The translations under genes were made by a program, and so were the position numbers. A DNA stretch of 64,000 nt from Microbotryum violaceum (lineage: Eukaryota): the NCBI GenBank assembly GCA_001244265.2, contig CDLV01000006.1, forward strand, positions 930,001 through 994,000. The letters are read 5' to 3'. Below the pieces are notes generated by a model. That model was not told the origin of the DNA, did no database searches, and saw nothing but the letters and a program-made list of their open reading frames with translations. Shown here in pieces: positions 1-11,399 of the stretch (position 1 is its first letter; each line of letters starts with the position of its first letter).

Positions 1-122
1 TCATCAACGCCCGCATCAAACCGCCGCTCGTTTGCTGGGTGCTCGACTACCGCTGCCCACCGTTCGCTGTCCCAACCGGCCTCTGCCTGTCTCCCACTCC
101 GCTTGTCAGCGTCGCCGTAATC

Positions 123-1942
123 ATGGTTTCCGACCGCTTCTTCGGCTTCCAAGGTTAGTGTACTCCATTTGTTGCATCCTGTAAGCTTCTGCGTGCTCAT
201 ACCCCCGTCTTCCTTCCGCTGTAGACACCGCATTGTTATGCGATCATGTCATCTCGACCCTCTTTTCGGTCGGCTCATCCTTGGCCAACAACGCGCCGTC
301 GGCCACGCCTGTCTCGGTCGTCGGCGGGCTCGAGACACCACCGACCTCACCTCCTCCTAGCCCTAAGGACCAACCGCCCATCTTGGGCGAGTTCGTTGTG
401 AGTTTGCAACTCCTTTGTTTTGCATCGACCACGAAATTTTGGCTGCGGACCGGCAATTCATCGCGCCACCACCGGTCTGTTTTTCATCGTGTTGAAGCGC
501 GGGGGGGAACCGGCGAGATGTCCGGGCAGGATGATCATCGTCACGCCGATCGCCCAGAGTGGTTGTGAATGAGCGTGCGCCGTGCTTCTCGCCCCGTTCA
601 GGCGCAGGCGCGGGCGCGCTCAGGGCCGCCCGCCGCCAAGCCGCGCGACTCTTAAAGGCACTCGGCGCTGGGCCGCGTGGTGGCGTGCGACATGTGAGAC
701 GGGGCAGGTTTCAGGGGTTGTTGGCCGGCCTCGCCCGTGTTCGGACGACCGCATCGCCGTGCCGCGCAGCCGGGCATGAGACGATCGCTTTCTGGAACCT
801 TGTAAACTTTCGCATGCTGACCGAATCATTTGGAATAATTTATCACCGCAGGCATACGCATTGTACCGAACACGACTGCCCACCAACATCATCTACCAGG
901 CCTTGTTGTTGCTCTCTCGTCTCAAGGCTCGCTATCCGTCGGCACGAGGGACCTCGACGTCCCCTCACCGACTATTTTTGTCGTCATTGATGCTCTCTTC
1001 GAAAATCTCGATGGATGACACCTACTCGTAAGTTGCATCCATTCTCCGTCAATCCATACCTACCTGCGCCAGTGGCTCCGGATACCGTAGCGTGACTTGG
1101 AGTGCACGGTCCCATGCTACTTTTTTCACGTGCTCCCCGCACCGCCCCTCGTTCCCCACCCGAACCTTCCCGAAGTCGGATGGCTGACCTCAAATCGTGC
1201 TCACTGTGTTTCTTGGGGACCACAGGAACAAGTCTTGGCAAGTTGTTGGTCAAGGACTATTTTCACTTCGTGAAGTGAACCAAATGGAGCGCGAGTTGTT
1301 TGCCTTCCTTGTAAGTACCGTGCAGGCGCGGAGCGAGATCGTGCGCCGATCGGAAGTTCAAATTCTAACTTGACATCTTTTGTTCGCCACTTGCAGGGCT
1401 GGAATGTCGTTGTTCGTGACGAGGAGCTCGCAGCTTGGGTTACCGAGGTCGTCGAGCCTTACAAGGTCGACCGAGACGCCGCCAGCTCCCCTGTCCTCCG
1501 CAAGACCATGGAGGAGCGCAAGCGACGACGCGACGAACCCGCATCGGCCCCCGCTCATTTGCCTACGCCATCGCCCTCCGTCTCCAGATCGCCTTCGCCA
1601 GATTTCCTTCGACACCGCAGGGCGTCCGACGCCGCCATCGCGATGCTTCATGGTGCCAACGCCGATGTTCCCTCTTCGTCGCAGCGCAGCACCCGGCAGT
1701 CGAGGCGTTCGCGTACCCGAACACCGAGCTATTGCTCCTCGCCGAGCTCTTCTCGTGGATCATCCGCTTATTCTTCTTCAACTTCATCGCCCGTCTCCGG
1801 AGCCACAACACCTGGGTCGCCTATCACCCCAGCCGGACCGCTGACGCCGAGTCACTGCGCCAAATCTTTCCCCGATCCTTCTGGCGAGACCAAGCACACC
1901 ACAACGTCGACCCCCGCCAGATGTGAAATCGCATCATGGTGA
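123..1942 (+). CDS. Pho85/Pcl (Clg1/Pcl-like) cyclin, spliced
   Basis: Spliced reading gives MVSDRFFGFQ...EFV|AYALYRTRLPTNIIYQALLLLSRLKARYPSARG..HRLFLSSLMLSSKISMDDTYS|NKSWQVVGQGLFSLREVNQMERELFAFL|GWNVVV, a Pcl-type cyclin box. GT-AG introns, Ser/Pro-rich tail, stop at 1940-1942. Confidence 0.85.
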
Positions 1943-3108
1943 TGCCTCTCCTGTGTTTCTCTTGTCCACTACATTTTATTTTGCATCCCTCGCATCCCTT
2001 GCATTTCCGCTTCAGAGTTGTTGCTTTCTTAGACTGATCGTTGCATTTCGCTCCGCATGATCTTTTATTCGTTTTCTCTCATCATCCTTTCGCTCTTCCT
2101 CGCACCCCCATTACATCTCTTGCATAGCAATCCCTGTTTTACAATGTCATCCGCTATTTTTATCGCCTATTTACGAGTCGCTTAGCCTTTCGCCCTCATT
2201 CGGAGCCGGATCTTTATAAGCATGTGACATCCGGGCCGAGAAGGGTGGGTTGGCCGACGCGGAAGGCCAACCGAACAAATACGTACACTACTGTTACGGC
2301 ACATACCTACATGGCTATTCTCTCAAATTTCTGAGTCCCAGCTTCCTAGAACGTACCGGTGAGAGAACAGGTAGGAGGTTCCTACGTCGGCGCTGCGTCG
2401 GGGATTCCGAACAGCACAGCCTGACAACGCCGACATGCATCGTCAACGCGCGGACCGCGGCAGGCACCACTACCAAAGTCGCCGGAGCGCGGCGGCTCTT
2501 TCCGACCTGGAGAAAGATGAACCGGATAATGCGCGCCCCCGCGCTCATACGGTACTCTTATTAGACCACTACTCGCCGGGTAGCCACCCGCCCCGTGAGA
2601 CTTCTGACCTGCAGCCAAGCTGAAGCGAGCAGCGATTTTCGCTTGATTGCAGGTTGCTCAAGCGTACGGTCTGCGGAAATTGCACGCCGGCTACTAGTGA
2701 GCTAGATAGGCCGCTAAAAGGCCTGCACATGTGGTGACACGATCCTTGCACTGTATTGCATTTCCGACACTAGGCAGGGCGTAGATTGGAGTGAAGGTCT
2801 AGGGTGGGTACATCTCTCGATAAACGCACAAAAACTATCGAGAGCCTTTCCGGCTCACAGGATGTCCTCATCCCTGTAAGGTATGCGCCTCTGATTACTC
2901 TAACTAGTAAAAAAAAGTGTGAGTTAAGGAATGTACCTAAAATCGCTGTTTTTCACTAGGTGGCGGAGGGTCGCCTGTGGTGGATGTACCAGCATACTGT
3001 TGTGTATGCCGCACCTGCCTGTGGTGTTCATGTTCCGAGTCATGTACAAAGCCGTGCATAAAATACAATCTGTCGTTCTTGACCACTAGACTAAAAGCAA
3101 GTCGTAAC

Positions 3109-3174
3109 TAGAACTCGGCAGTTCTAGCTACTCAGAGGCTACTTATAGGCCTGTTCTGTAAGGCATCCCCTCTA

Positions 3175-3205
<31 letters not shown>
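3109..3205 (+). mobile_element. Possible 3' end of a non-LTR retroelement (hairpin plus A30 tail)
   Basis: Perfect hairpin ctagaact-cggc-agttctag at ~3109-3128, then an uninterrupted A30 at 3176-3205. No RT ORF and no TSD found. Confidence 0.4.
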
Positions 3206-3207
<2 letters not shown>

Positions 3208-3366
3208 CCGGGGCACTGCTCGAAATCTCAGCCTCCGTACCTTGCGCATGACATGCATGACCTCTGCGCGCGGCCACGATCCTCCCGCTTGGAGCCCGTA
3301 CGGCGAACGATTTTCGGTAAATCGCCCAGCCAAACCTCCAAATCGCGATTTTGAGAAGACTTTTGA

Positions 3367-3585
3367 TTAATCGCCGGAGCGTTCGGCAAGTTGACGATCT
3401 TTGGGCTTGGGGAAATCGAATGTCGTTCTTCCAGCCAAATCCGAAAATCCACACTCAAGAGGTGGGATTTCGAGATTTTCGGAGCTAGGGACCTTGAGTG
3501 TGGATTTTCGGATTTGGCTGGAAGAACGACATTCGATTTCCCTAAGCCCAAAAATCGTCAACGCGCCGGACGCTCCGGCAATTAA
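3367..3585. repeat. TTAA-bounded fold-back / MITE-like inverted repeat
   Basis: Arms 3367-3459 and 3493-3585 are near-perfect reverse complements with a 33-bp spacer; TTAA at both ends. Confidence 0.85.
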
Positions 3586-3642
3586 ACAAACGGAATTAGG
3601 TTAATCCCGCGAATAGCAGGGCACTTTGGTCACGAGGATGGC

Positions 3643-3944
3643 AACTCTGGTCCCACATCGGAGGCGACTCTGGTCCCACAACGGAGCGGACTTTGGGATC
3701 ACATCGATGCGGACTTTGGGATCACATCGATGCGGACTTTGGGATCACATCGATGCGGACTTCGGGATCACATCCGAGGTCATTCTTATACCACGTTCAT
3801 GGGGACTTTGGTACCACATACTATAGCCTGTATCTCTTGCAATGTGTGATGTATCACTCTGGGAACAGTAGTTTGATGCATGTATAGGTCTATAGTACTT
3901 CTGGCCGGTGAGACGAGGCGGACGAAGCAGTAGCTACTACATCG
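3643..3944 (+). repeat. Left subterminal repeat with 22-23-bp tandem units
   Basis: Units ctctggtcccacatcggaggcga and ctttgggatcacatcgatgcgga, followed by ~170 bp; the whole block is mirrored at 8709-9060. Confidence 0.9.
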
Positions 3945-4812
3945 ATGTTTTGCCCCGCTTGGCCTCTCCGCGCCCACCTCTGGCTATATATATGAGCACG
4001 CTAAAAAGTGGCGCGCGCAGCGCGCCTCCGACCCTCACTTCCGCGCGGCGTAGCCATACATGTTGCCCCCACTGCAACCCGGGTTGCTGGATGGCCCGAG
4101 GACTAGCGCAACACGGAGGCTGGTGTGGCCTTCAACACGTTCATCTCAGGTACGTGCGAGCTCGTATCGGGGTAATCCAACCTTATAAATGCTGCCATTG
4201 CGTATAAAGCATATTTGGAACACTCATCCTCAAATTCTCCTTTAGATTAGTAGCGAGAAGAAGCTCGATTAGAACATCATTACATCATTACATCATTAGC
4301 GGAGGGGATAAGGTAGCATTGATGGAGGTGATTAGGTCACGTGCCGTCTCACCACGCTGGCAGAACGAAGCGAGCCGTAGCGAGCCTGAGCGCGAGCGAG
4401 CGATAGCGTTGCCGCTTGACGCGCCGTTATGGATCACAGTCCTGGTCTTACTAGTTTCTGTTCCCTTCCGCTTTCGGTCGTATATCTTGACTCGAAGCCA
4501 TCCGACCATACGATATGTTGCCTCTCCTGTCTGCTCCCAGTAACGCGTCAGCGTTTGCCGCTCCCGACCGTGAGACGCGTCCTCGTGTCTTGATTGTTTT
4601 GTTATTGTCTGCTGACCCTACTCCTCATTCCTCGTTGTTACCGCCGAAGATGCTTCGGTGCAATCGACCAGCAGCCCCGAATGGGGTCTGTACTGTCGTC
4701 CTCAGCGACCGTTCAGACACAACAGCACCACATTTCTGCTTCCAGCATCGCGGAAGATGGACGAAGCACGACGCTCGCCTCAAGGCCGACCACGTCCAAC
4801 TCGTCCAACTCA

Positions 4813-6375
4813 ATGAGTCATCGAATCGAAGAGGTTCAGGATGAGATCCGAGCCCTCCACGATGCCGTTCGAGCGTTGCCTTCGACTTCGCGCCTGTCAT
4901 CGTCGCAAAAGGAGATCCACGTGCTCTATAACTTGCAACGTCGCCTCGAAAAGATGCAATACTGTTTGCGGCATGGAGTCCGGGACGACGATCTCGACTC
5001 GTACACGCCCCCTGCGACTCGAAGCAACGACCGAAACGACTGGAATGACTTCAAGACCAGTCGCTTCTTCCGTTGTCTCCTCGAAAAGAACGGACTCGAG
5101 GGTAAGTGTAGCGTCTGCCTTCCTGACTCATCCCGAAACCGTTTACTCTCCATTACAAGACGCTACTCTGACAGACAAATCCATCACTCGGAGGCCTACA
5201 AAGTCCCGAAAGACTTCTCTGCGCTACAGGCGATTGGATCACGCTACTGGGAACAAGTCAAAAACTCACCAGAACTCTGGGAACAATGGAAGGAAGCGAG
5301 GGCAAGTGAAGCGCGTGATCGAAAGGAGACCGCTCAGCCCCTCAAGCGATGGCGAATCAATTCTGCTACCATCTCCAAACTGCGGCGCAGATACGAAAAT
5401 GCGATGAACGAGCTGGTCCGTGAAGACTCGGCTCTCCGTTTCCGCCTCCTCAGAGGCCAAGTTCCCCCTGCTGACTTACGTAGATCGGCACCGAATTAGG
5501 TTGAGCAGTATGCTGAGGGCTACGGCTTCGACGCGTTAGTCATCGTCAGCTCCAACAAGCTCGAGAACAAAAATGATCGTTTTATCGTTTCTACGCTTGG
5601 CGGCGCAGCTTTCATGCGACGCCAAGTCTGGGATTCTGACCAGCAAAAAGATATTCTAGTCAACTTCACGGATTGCGTTAATGGGACTCGGTTTAATCAG
5701 GAGCAAAATGAACAATATAAAATGCGGGGTTTGTCAAGCAAGCTTTAGGACGTATTTTGTGCTCGGTGATGGATTGGCGCTGATCCCAAAATCTGATGAG
5801 CAGCTAATCATGGCGATGTTGACAAGGCGTCTCAACGAGTGCTCTGCGCATGGTATAGCATCATAATCGACGATCACTATAGTGAGGAACCATTCCACGG
5901 CTCTGCGCCCACATTTTGCAGCCTAGTACTGAACATCTGTGGCCGTGCAGATCAAGCGCTCCGTCGTCGCCACCAGAGAAATAGATCTACTCAGCCCTAC
6001 GTGCTTTCCAAGCTTACGAGTTATAACCAGGCAACTCTTGCGAAGGATCCAATCGCTCTTATTGTCGAGTTCGGAAATGGTCTTCAAGAGCGTGATTTCC
6101 GCAGTCCCACAAATGGCAAGAAGCCGACCGTTGCGGATTTGAGAAGAATCATCCCTCTGATGCGACAGGGTGGCCTTACTTTCTCACTCAACGAGGAGAT
6201 AGGCCAGGGCTCTTTTGACCGCACTCGTGCCGAAGGTACTGTGACAACCGGACAGTTGGAAACGGAGCCAGAAGACCAAGTCTCTGGATCTGATTCTGCT
6301 TCTGCTTCTGATCTTGGTTCTGATTCTAATTCTAAGTCCGATTCTGATGCTGATTTGGGAGCTGCAACATCCTGA
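4813..6375 (+). pseudogene. Transposon accessory gene with HMG-box-like segment, probably disrupted
   Basis: Spliced reading ..RNDWNDFKTSRFFRCLLEKNGLE|VPKDFSALQAIGSRYWEQVKNSPELWEQWKE..MNEL|VEQYAEGYGFDALVIVSS.. with an in-frame TAG at 5746-5748 and an acidic Ser/Asp tail. Start uncertain. Confidence 0.5.
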
Positions 6376-6677
6376 TTCCGAATCCGACTACATTTCTGTT
6401 GTTCAGTATATTGTTGGTGCGCCTATCGCGCGTTGAGATAGATTGCCAAACTTTTTGTAGTCGTTGAGGTGATATTGACCTGTGTGTGGCAAGAGGTATT
6501 CAACAAGTTTCCACGCATCTTGACTAGCTGATTCGTCCGTTGGACGCGATTTTGATCGCAAAGCAAATAGATTTACTGACGCCTAACGTTTCAGACTTTA
6601 CTCCGGACATTCAATTCAGGCAAATAATGGATGTCCAAATAAAGCACTCACGCATCCTACCTAATGTCAAACTGCAG

Positions 6678-8222
6678 TTAAGCTCGCCCCAGAGCTTGGG
6701 GGTGACAACAGCAAAGCACCCAAATTTCTCCGACTACCCCTTCGGACCCCCCGAGACGCCGGCGAAGTGAGAGCAGAACCTTCAAGCTGTCGAGAATGTC
6801 CGTAATAACACGCTTCGCGTTGGGTTCTCCAAACGGTGTGCCCGCAGTGAGAATGAAAGCCGAGATTATTCGTTGACGCTGGAACAATAGATATAAAACA
6901 GAAGCAGGGAACAAGGTAGTTCGGCAGTTCTGACCTGCAGACGCAAGATCGCAAGGTGTCCGAGCTGGCCAGCTGACCATATGTGCCAGGGAAATACGAC
7001 GCTGCATTACGCGTAATCAATGCCTTTTTTGCTGAATTGTCAATCCAAAGTGCTTGCGCAGCGCGATCTGTACAGGACCTCTGGGTGATCCAGGACCATC
7101 CATAATGACTCGGATCACATTGGAGGCCGGGGCTGCGTCGTTTCGCACCGCTCTTTGGGCGGCTCGTGCGAGCAGTGGCGCCTGCGAAGGCGGGGTCGAG
7201 GCGTCGTGCATCAGGACCATCAGTCGGCGGGTCGACTTGCCGGAGGGAACGATCCCGAGTACTCTGAAGGTGTTTTGCATCACCTTTTCGCAGTCCAGTC
7301 GAGCCTGAGTTGCCTCAGTGGACCACGCTGGAGGATTCGCGGTTCCTCCAGTGACCGGTTCACGCGTTAGCGTGTTGAGTGATTCGTCGTCACTCGCGCG
7401 GTTACCGCCCAACGGGTTGTCACGCCAGCGTAACGTCCGTGCAAGTAGTACGCAAAGAATTGTCAACACGAACAAGCGATGCCGGATCCGCCCGGCGCCC
7501 AAGCGCCACCGCCCGACAACCCGTTGGGCGGTAACCGCGCGAGTGACGACGAATCACTCATAGATCGCACCAATGAAAGTTAGGTCGTTCACAGGACGAA
7601 ACAAAACGCAGCGCAGCATGCAGCTTCAACATACCTCTGTAGCCATGAACTTTGGGAGCTCCAGGACAGGAAGTTTGCGTACAAATTCCCATCCGGACCT
7701 CGGCTTGCGACAATTGAGAACAAGCGGCCTGAGACGGAGCTCGTTGTGCTCTGCAGTCGTGAGGATCATGTTTGAGAAAATTGCCTCGCGCGTCGTGTTC
7801 GATAACTCTTTGTCCTGTCGAGAGGGCTCGTACGTGTGCCGGTCAAGGATCTTCTTGTCGTTCCGAGCCAGGAGTAGTGCCGAGAAGATGTTGTCAATTG
7901 ATTTCTCGTCCGAATTGTCGTCGTCGACTCCGTAGTAACCCTCGTCTGCCGAATCCTCGTCGGAGTCTCTCGAACGGCTCTTTGGAGAGATTAAAAGCCC
8001 CGAGACTGCGGAGGGGCTAGATATCGAGGACTTTGAGTGAACCGGGACCAAAGCTGCCAAGACTTGCAGACTGTCCTCATCCTCATCCACTTCCGAGTCA
8101 ACTTCCGATGCGTATCCCTCTGGGGAGCTTTGCTCCTGCAACGCGATGGGTGGTCGGCCCCCTTTGTTTTGGAGCAGTTGGCTCATTTCTCCTGTCGACA
8201 TGATGAGTGCGACTGGCGCCAT
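6678..8222 (-). pseudogene. Decayed Harbinger-like transposase
   Basis: Exon 8222-7635, intron 7634-7305, then ARLD..QIALRKHFGL..*(7017-7019)LRVMQRRISLAHMVSWP..RVITDILDSLKVLLSLRR..IWVLCCCH. Motif order resembles PIF/Harbinger transposases, but no intact DDE core is visible. Confidence 0.45.
7376..7560. repeat. Perfect 46-bp inverted repeat with 93-bp spacer (MITE-like)
   Basis: 7376-7421 is the exact reverse complement of 7515-7560. Confidence 0.9.
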
Positions 8223-8708
8223 CTACCTTGAAGGTAAACCCCTCACTAGGCGTCGTTTGCTCGAGATGCACAGTATTTCCGCGCGACTAAGATAGGGAGG
8301 AGTGTTTGCGTGAGGAATTTATGTCTAAGAAGAAAGAGAGAGTGGGGGGAAAGACCAGTGAGCGTGTGAAGCTCTGAGGAAAGGAGCTGCTTTCAGGGGC
8401 ATTCGTGAGTTTGCCGGTGTAGCCCGTCAAACGACGAGCGCCTGCGAGTTTTGGCGCGGCCCCAGGGCTTTCGCCGAATATTTGAATTTTCTCGAATAAG
8501 GGTGCTAACGATTGCAGGCCTAAGGAACACTACAGCTCACCCATGTAGTGATTATGTCATTACCGCATAAGTATTCTAGTCAGCAAGAAAAAAAACGTTT
8601 GCTCCACCCTATGATATTTATTGCAAGCTACGCTTGCTGCCTCGTGACGATCGGCGTAAGGTTTAACCGCTGACACGGGCGCGGAGCGGCACAGCGGGGA
8701 AGAACCCC

Positions 8709-9060
8709 GATGTAGCAACTACTGCATTGTCCGCCTCGTCTCACCCGCCAGAAGTACTATAGACCTGTACATACATCATACTACATTCCCCAGAGTGATA
8801 CATTACATATTGCAAGAGATACAGGCCTCTACACTATGTGGTACCAAAGTTCCCATGAACGTGGTACAAGAATGACCTCGGACTCGGATGTGATCCCAAA
8901 GCCCGCATCGATGTGATCCCAAAGTCCGCTCTGATGTGATCCCAAAGTCGCCTCCGATGTGGGACCAGAGTCGCCTCCGGTGTGGGACCAGAGTCGCCTC
9001 CGATGTGGGACCAGAGTGCCTCCGACGTGGGACCAGAGTGCCTCCGACGTGGGCCCAAAA
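8709..9060 (-). repeat. Right subterminal repeat (inverted copy of 3643-3944)
   Basis: Tandem gatgtgatcccaaag and gatgtgggaccagagtcgcctcc units plus adjacent sequence, reverse-complementary to the left block. Confidence 0.9.
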
Positions 9061-9418
9061 GCCGACCTTATGTGAGCCCAAAGTGACAAGCGAGTAGAGC
9101 GGTTATGTGTGCGTGCTTAAACAGAAATCGCGATTTTGAGATTTGGCTAGGCGACTTCCCGAAAATCGTTTGCTGTACGGGCTCTTGTGGCAACAAGAGG
9201 TGAGGGATCTGGTCAGACATTGTTGGTCCTCAGAGTTGGCAGCGGTGCACCTCCGAAATACCCAGCTAGGGTATACGTGTTCTGGTTAGGAGCATCATGT
9301 TGTGGCTGGGGTGCCCCAGGCTGTAGATCATGACGTCAAAAGGTAATGATATGTGCTCCGTCGAGCAAGATGAAATTCCGTCCGTGCACTGGCCGTGGCG
9401 TTCGGACGCAAACGCCGA

Positions 9419-11399
9419 TTACGATCGTCCACTGCTCGAACCTAATCGAGACCACACTTGTATCGCAAGCTTCTGGAACGCTTGGACCGCCGCCGAAGAA
9501 TCATTCCCGATGACCGAACTCAGGGCGGCGTCGTCATGGTGCACCGATGCTATGTTGCGATCATCGACAGCACCTTGAGGGTCAGCTACGTCTATGCGTG
9601 AAACCATCGTGCTGCCAGTCGATGGTGAAGAGCCTACCTCGCTTGCTTGCCTGATTCTGCGATGACGACGCATCGAAACTAGGCGTCGATGGTCCCTGAA
9701 TCGGGGCCGAGGGAGCGGGGAACCCGCGGGGAGACTCGGGTGTGCAATTTCGCATTGACGTAGAGGTGTCGACACCTCCTATCGGTTCGAGGCCACCGAT
9801 GGCCGACGTCGAGGATGGCCCGCTCAAAATGACCGGTCGACCGAGATCACCCTGCTCGCTGACGTCGGCCTCGATGGGGATTCTCGCCAACAAATCGATC
9901 CCGAGCTTGGCGCAGACGCGCTCAAAGCTTTCCGGGCGTCCGAAGATGTGATGACGAATGGATGAGCCAGGGCAGATAAAGTGGGACATGTTGAGTACTG
10001 CGCCAGTGATCTGCGGTTGACATCCGCAAAGAGGTCGAGTTTGGTCAGGACGGGGGCATGCCCATCTCTTGCTCGGGTATGAATCAAGACTGGACTAACA
10101 GGTATGCCGACTTTGCGAAACATGGCTACGCCTTTGCGCGTGTCGACAATGGCTACATTTTGGGGCGTGGAGACAACGATTGACCCTGTAGTGTCGTAGT
10201 GGACGCATCGCCTCTTAGTCAGCAGCGTCGCGACGGCAAGCTCTGCGGGGCTCGTCCAAGACCTACCGTCAACCTGCACAAGCTGGCCTAAGCTCAAAGT
10301 AACATCCCCCGTCCCAGGTGGTGTATCGACGACCAACACGTCCAGGTCATGTCCCCCCGTCCCAGCTCGCCAGTCCACCTCGAAGAGCAATTGCTGAACG
10401 GCTTTCATGACCATCATCCCTCTCCAAACAACAGGCGTGTCGGCTCCGTGGTCAGCGTCGGGGTCTTCGGGGTCACATGTAGTAGAGGCCGAGTTGGGCA
10501 GGAGGAATCCCATCGACATGCAAGGGATACCGTGAGCTCTCATCGGCGTCAGGCGATTGTCTGAAAGAAGATGAAGCGGATGCATCTCGAGGTCAGAACT
10601 GGGGACTGAGAGCTGGTGGGCATACGTGCCACCTGGCACATGCTGGGACACATACACATACGTACCTTGGGTCAAGATTGGTTCTCCCAGGCCTTCCAAT
10701 CCCATGAGCTTCGGTATGGACGGCCCGAATATGTCGAGATCGAGCAAGCCGACTCTCAGTCGACTGCCGGAACTTGCTGGAAGTGAGGAGAGCGCCAGTG
10801 CGAGGTTCACTACGGAAGCAAACATGAGAGAATATGTCAGTGCCCGTCGAGCTGTGTGCGCCTGGGAGTATGTCGATGGTGAACGTGGTCGTAGTCGTGT
10901 GAACCGTCGGCTTTGGATTTGCAAGCGCGAGACAATCCTGAAGGTGTGCAAGAAAAGCGCCGACCTCGACATTGCCGCCAACGCTTCCGAGGTACACTAT
11001 GCCCTACCCACCCGCTACACTGCTCTTGCCGACACCGCCTTTGCCACTACTGACGACCAGGACCTTGTTGACGCCGACGAGCTTGCGCTTGGCGGGGATG
11101 CCTCGTTGAGCTCGTGGCATGGTCGGTGGTGCGTCGGAGCGTGGCAGTCCCTGTAGTTGCAAACCCGGAAATAAGCTCACAAAGGGCGGATGCATCAGCG
11201 TGGCGAACGACGTGTGACTCACCAAAGGGTTTTGGTGCGACCATGTCGGGTGCGATGATGTGAATGCGCGCACCCGATCGCGTAAGGACTGATGCAGATG
11301 CAGATGCAGGTGCGAGCAAGTGCACGGGCCAGGTCGCACAAGCCAGGACAGCAGCGCACCCTGTTGCTTGCCTCGCACAACGGAGCGAGTAGCCGACAT
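9419..11399 (-). CDS. IND1: Mrp/NBP35-family Fe-S scaffold ATPase (mitochondrial Ind1/NUBPL-like)
   Basis: VSSGKGGVGKS, LDLDIFGPSIPKLM, MSMGFL, VVWRG, DTPPGTGD, VSTPQ, NMSHFICP motifs; basic N-terminus; multi-exon. Confidence 0.88.

Larger units (their letters stand above)
3292..9184. mobile_element. TIR DNA transposon, PIF/Harbinger-like, degenerate
   Basis: Imperfect ~60-bp TIRs (gagcccgtacggcgaacgattttcgg.. at 3292; ..cgaaaatcgtttgctgtacgggctc ending 9184). Direct TTG at 3289-3291 and 9185-9187. ~300-350-bp subterminal inverted repeats and two convergent internal genes. Confidence 0.8.

Noticed and set aside
3643..3775. CRISPR-like appearance of the 22-23-bp repeats (also 8885-9060)
   Set aside because: Units are head-to-tail without unique spacers, there are no cas genes, the context is eukaryotic, and they are explained as TE subterminal repeats.
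3292..9184. Fanzor/TnpB or KDZ transposase inside the element
   Set aside because: No RuvC motifs, zinc finger or CxC/KDZ catalytic motifs were recognised in any frame.
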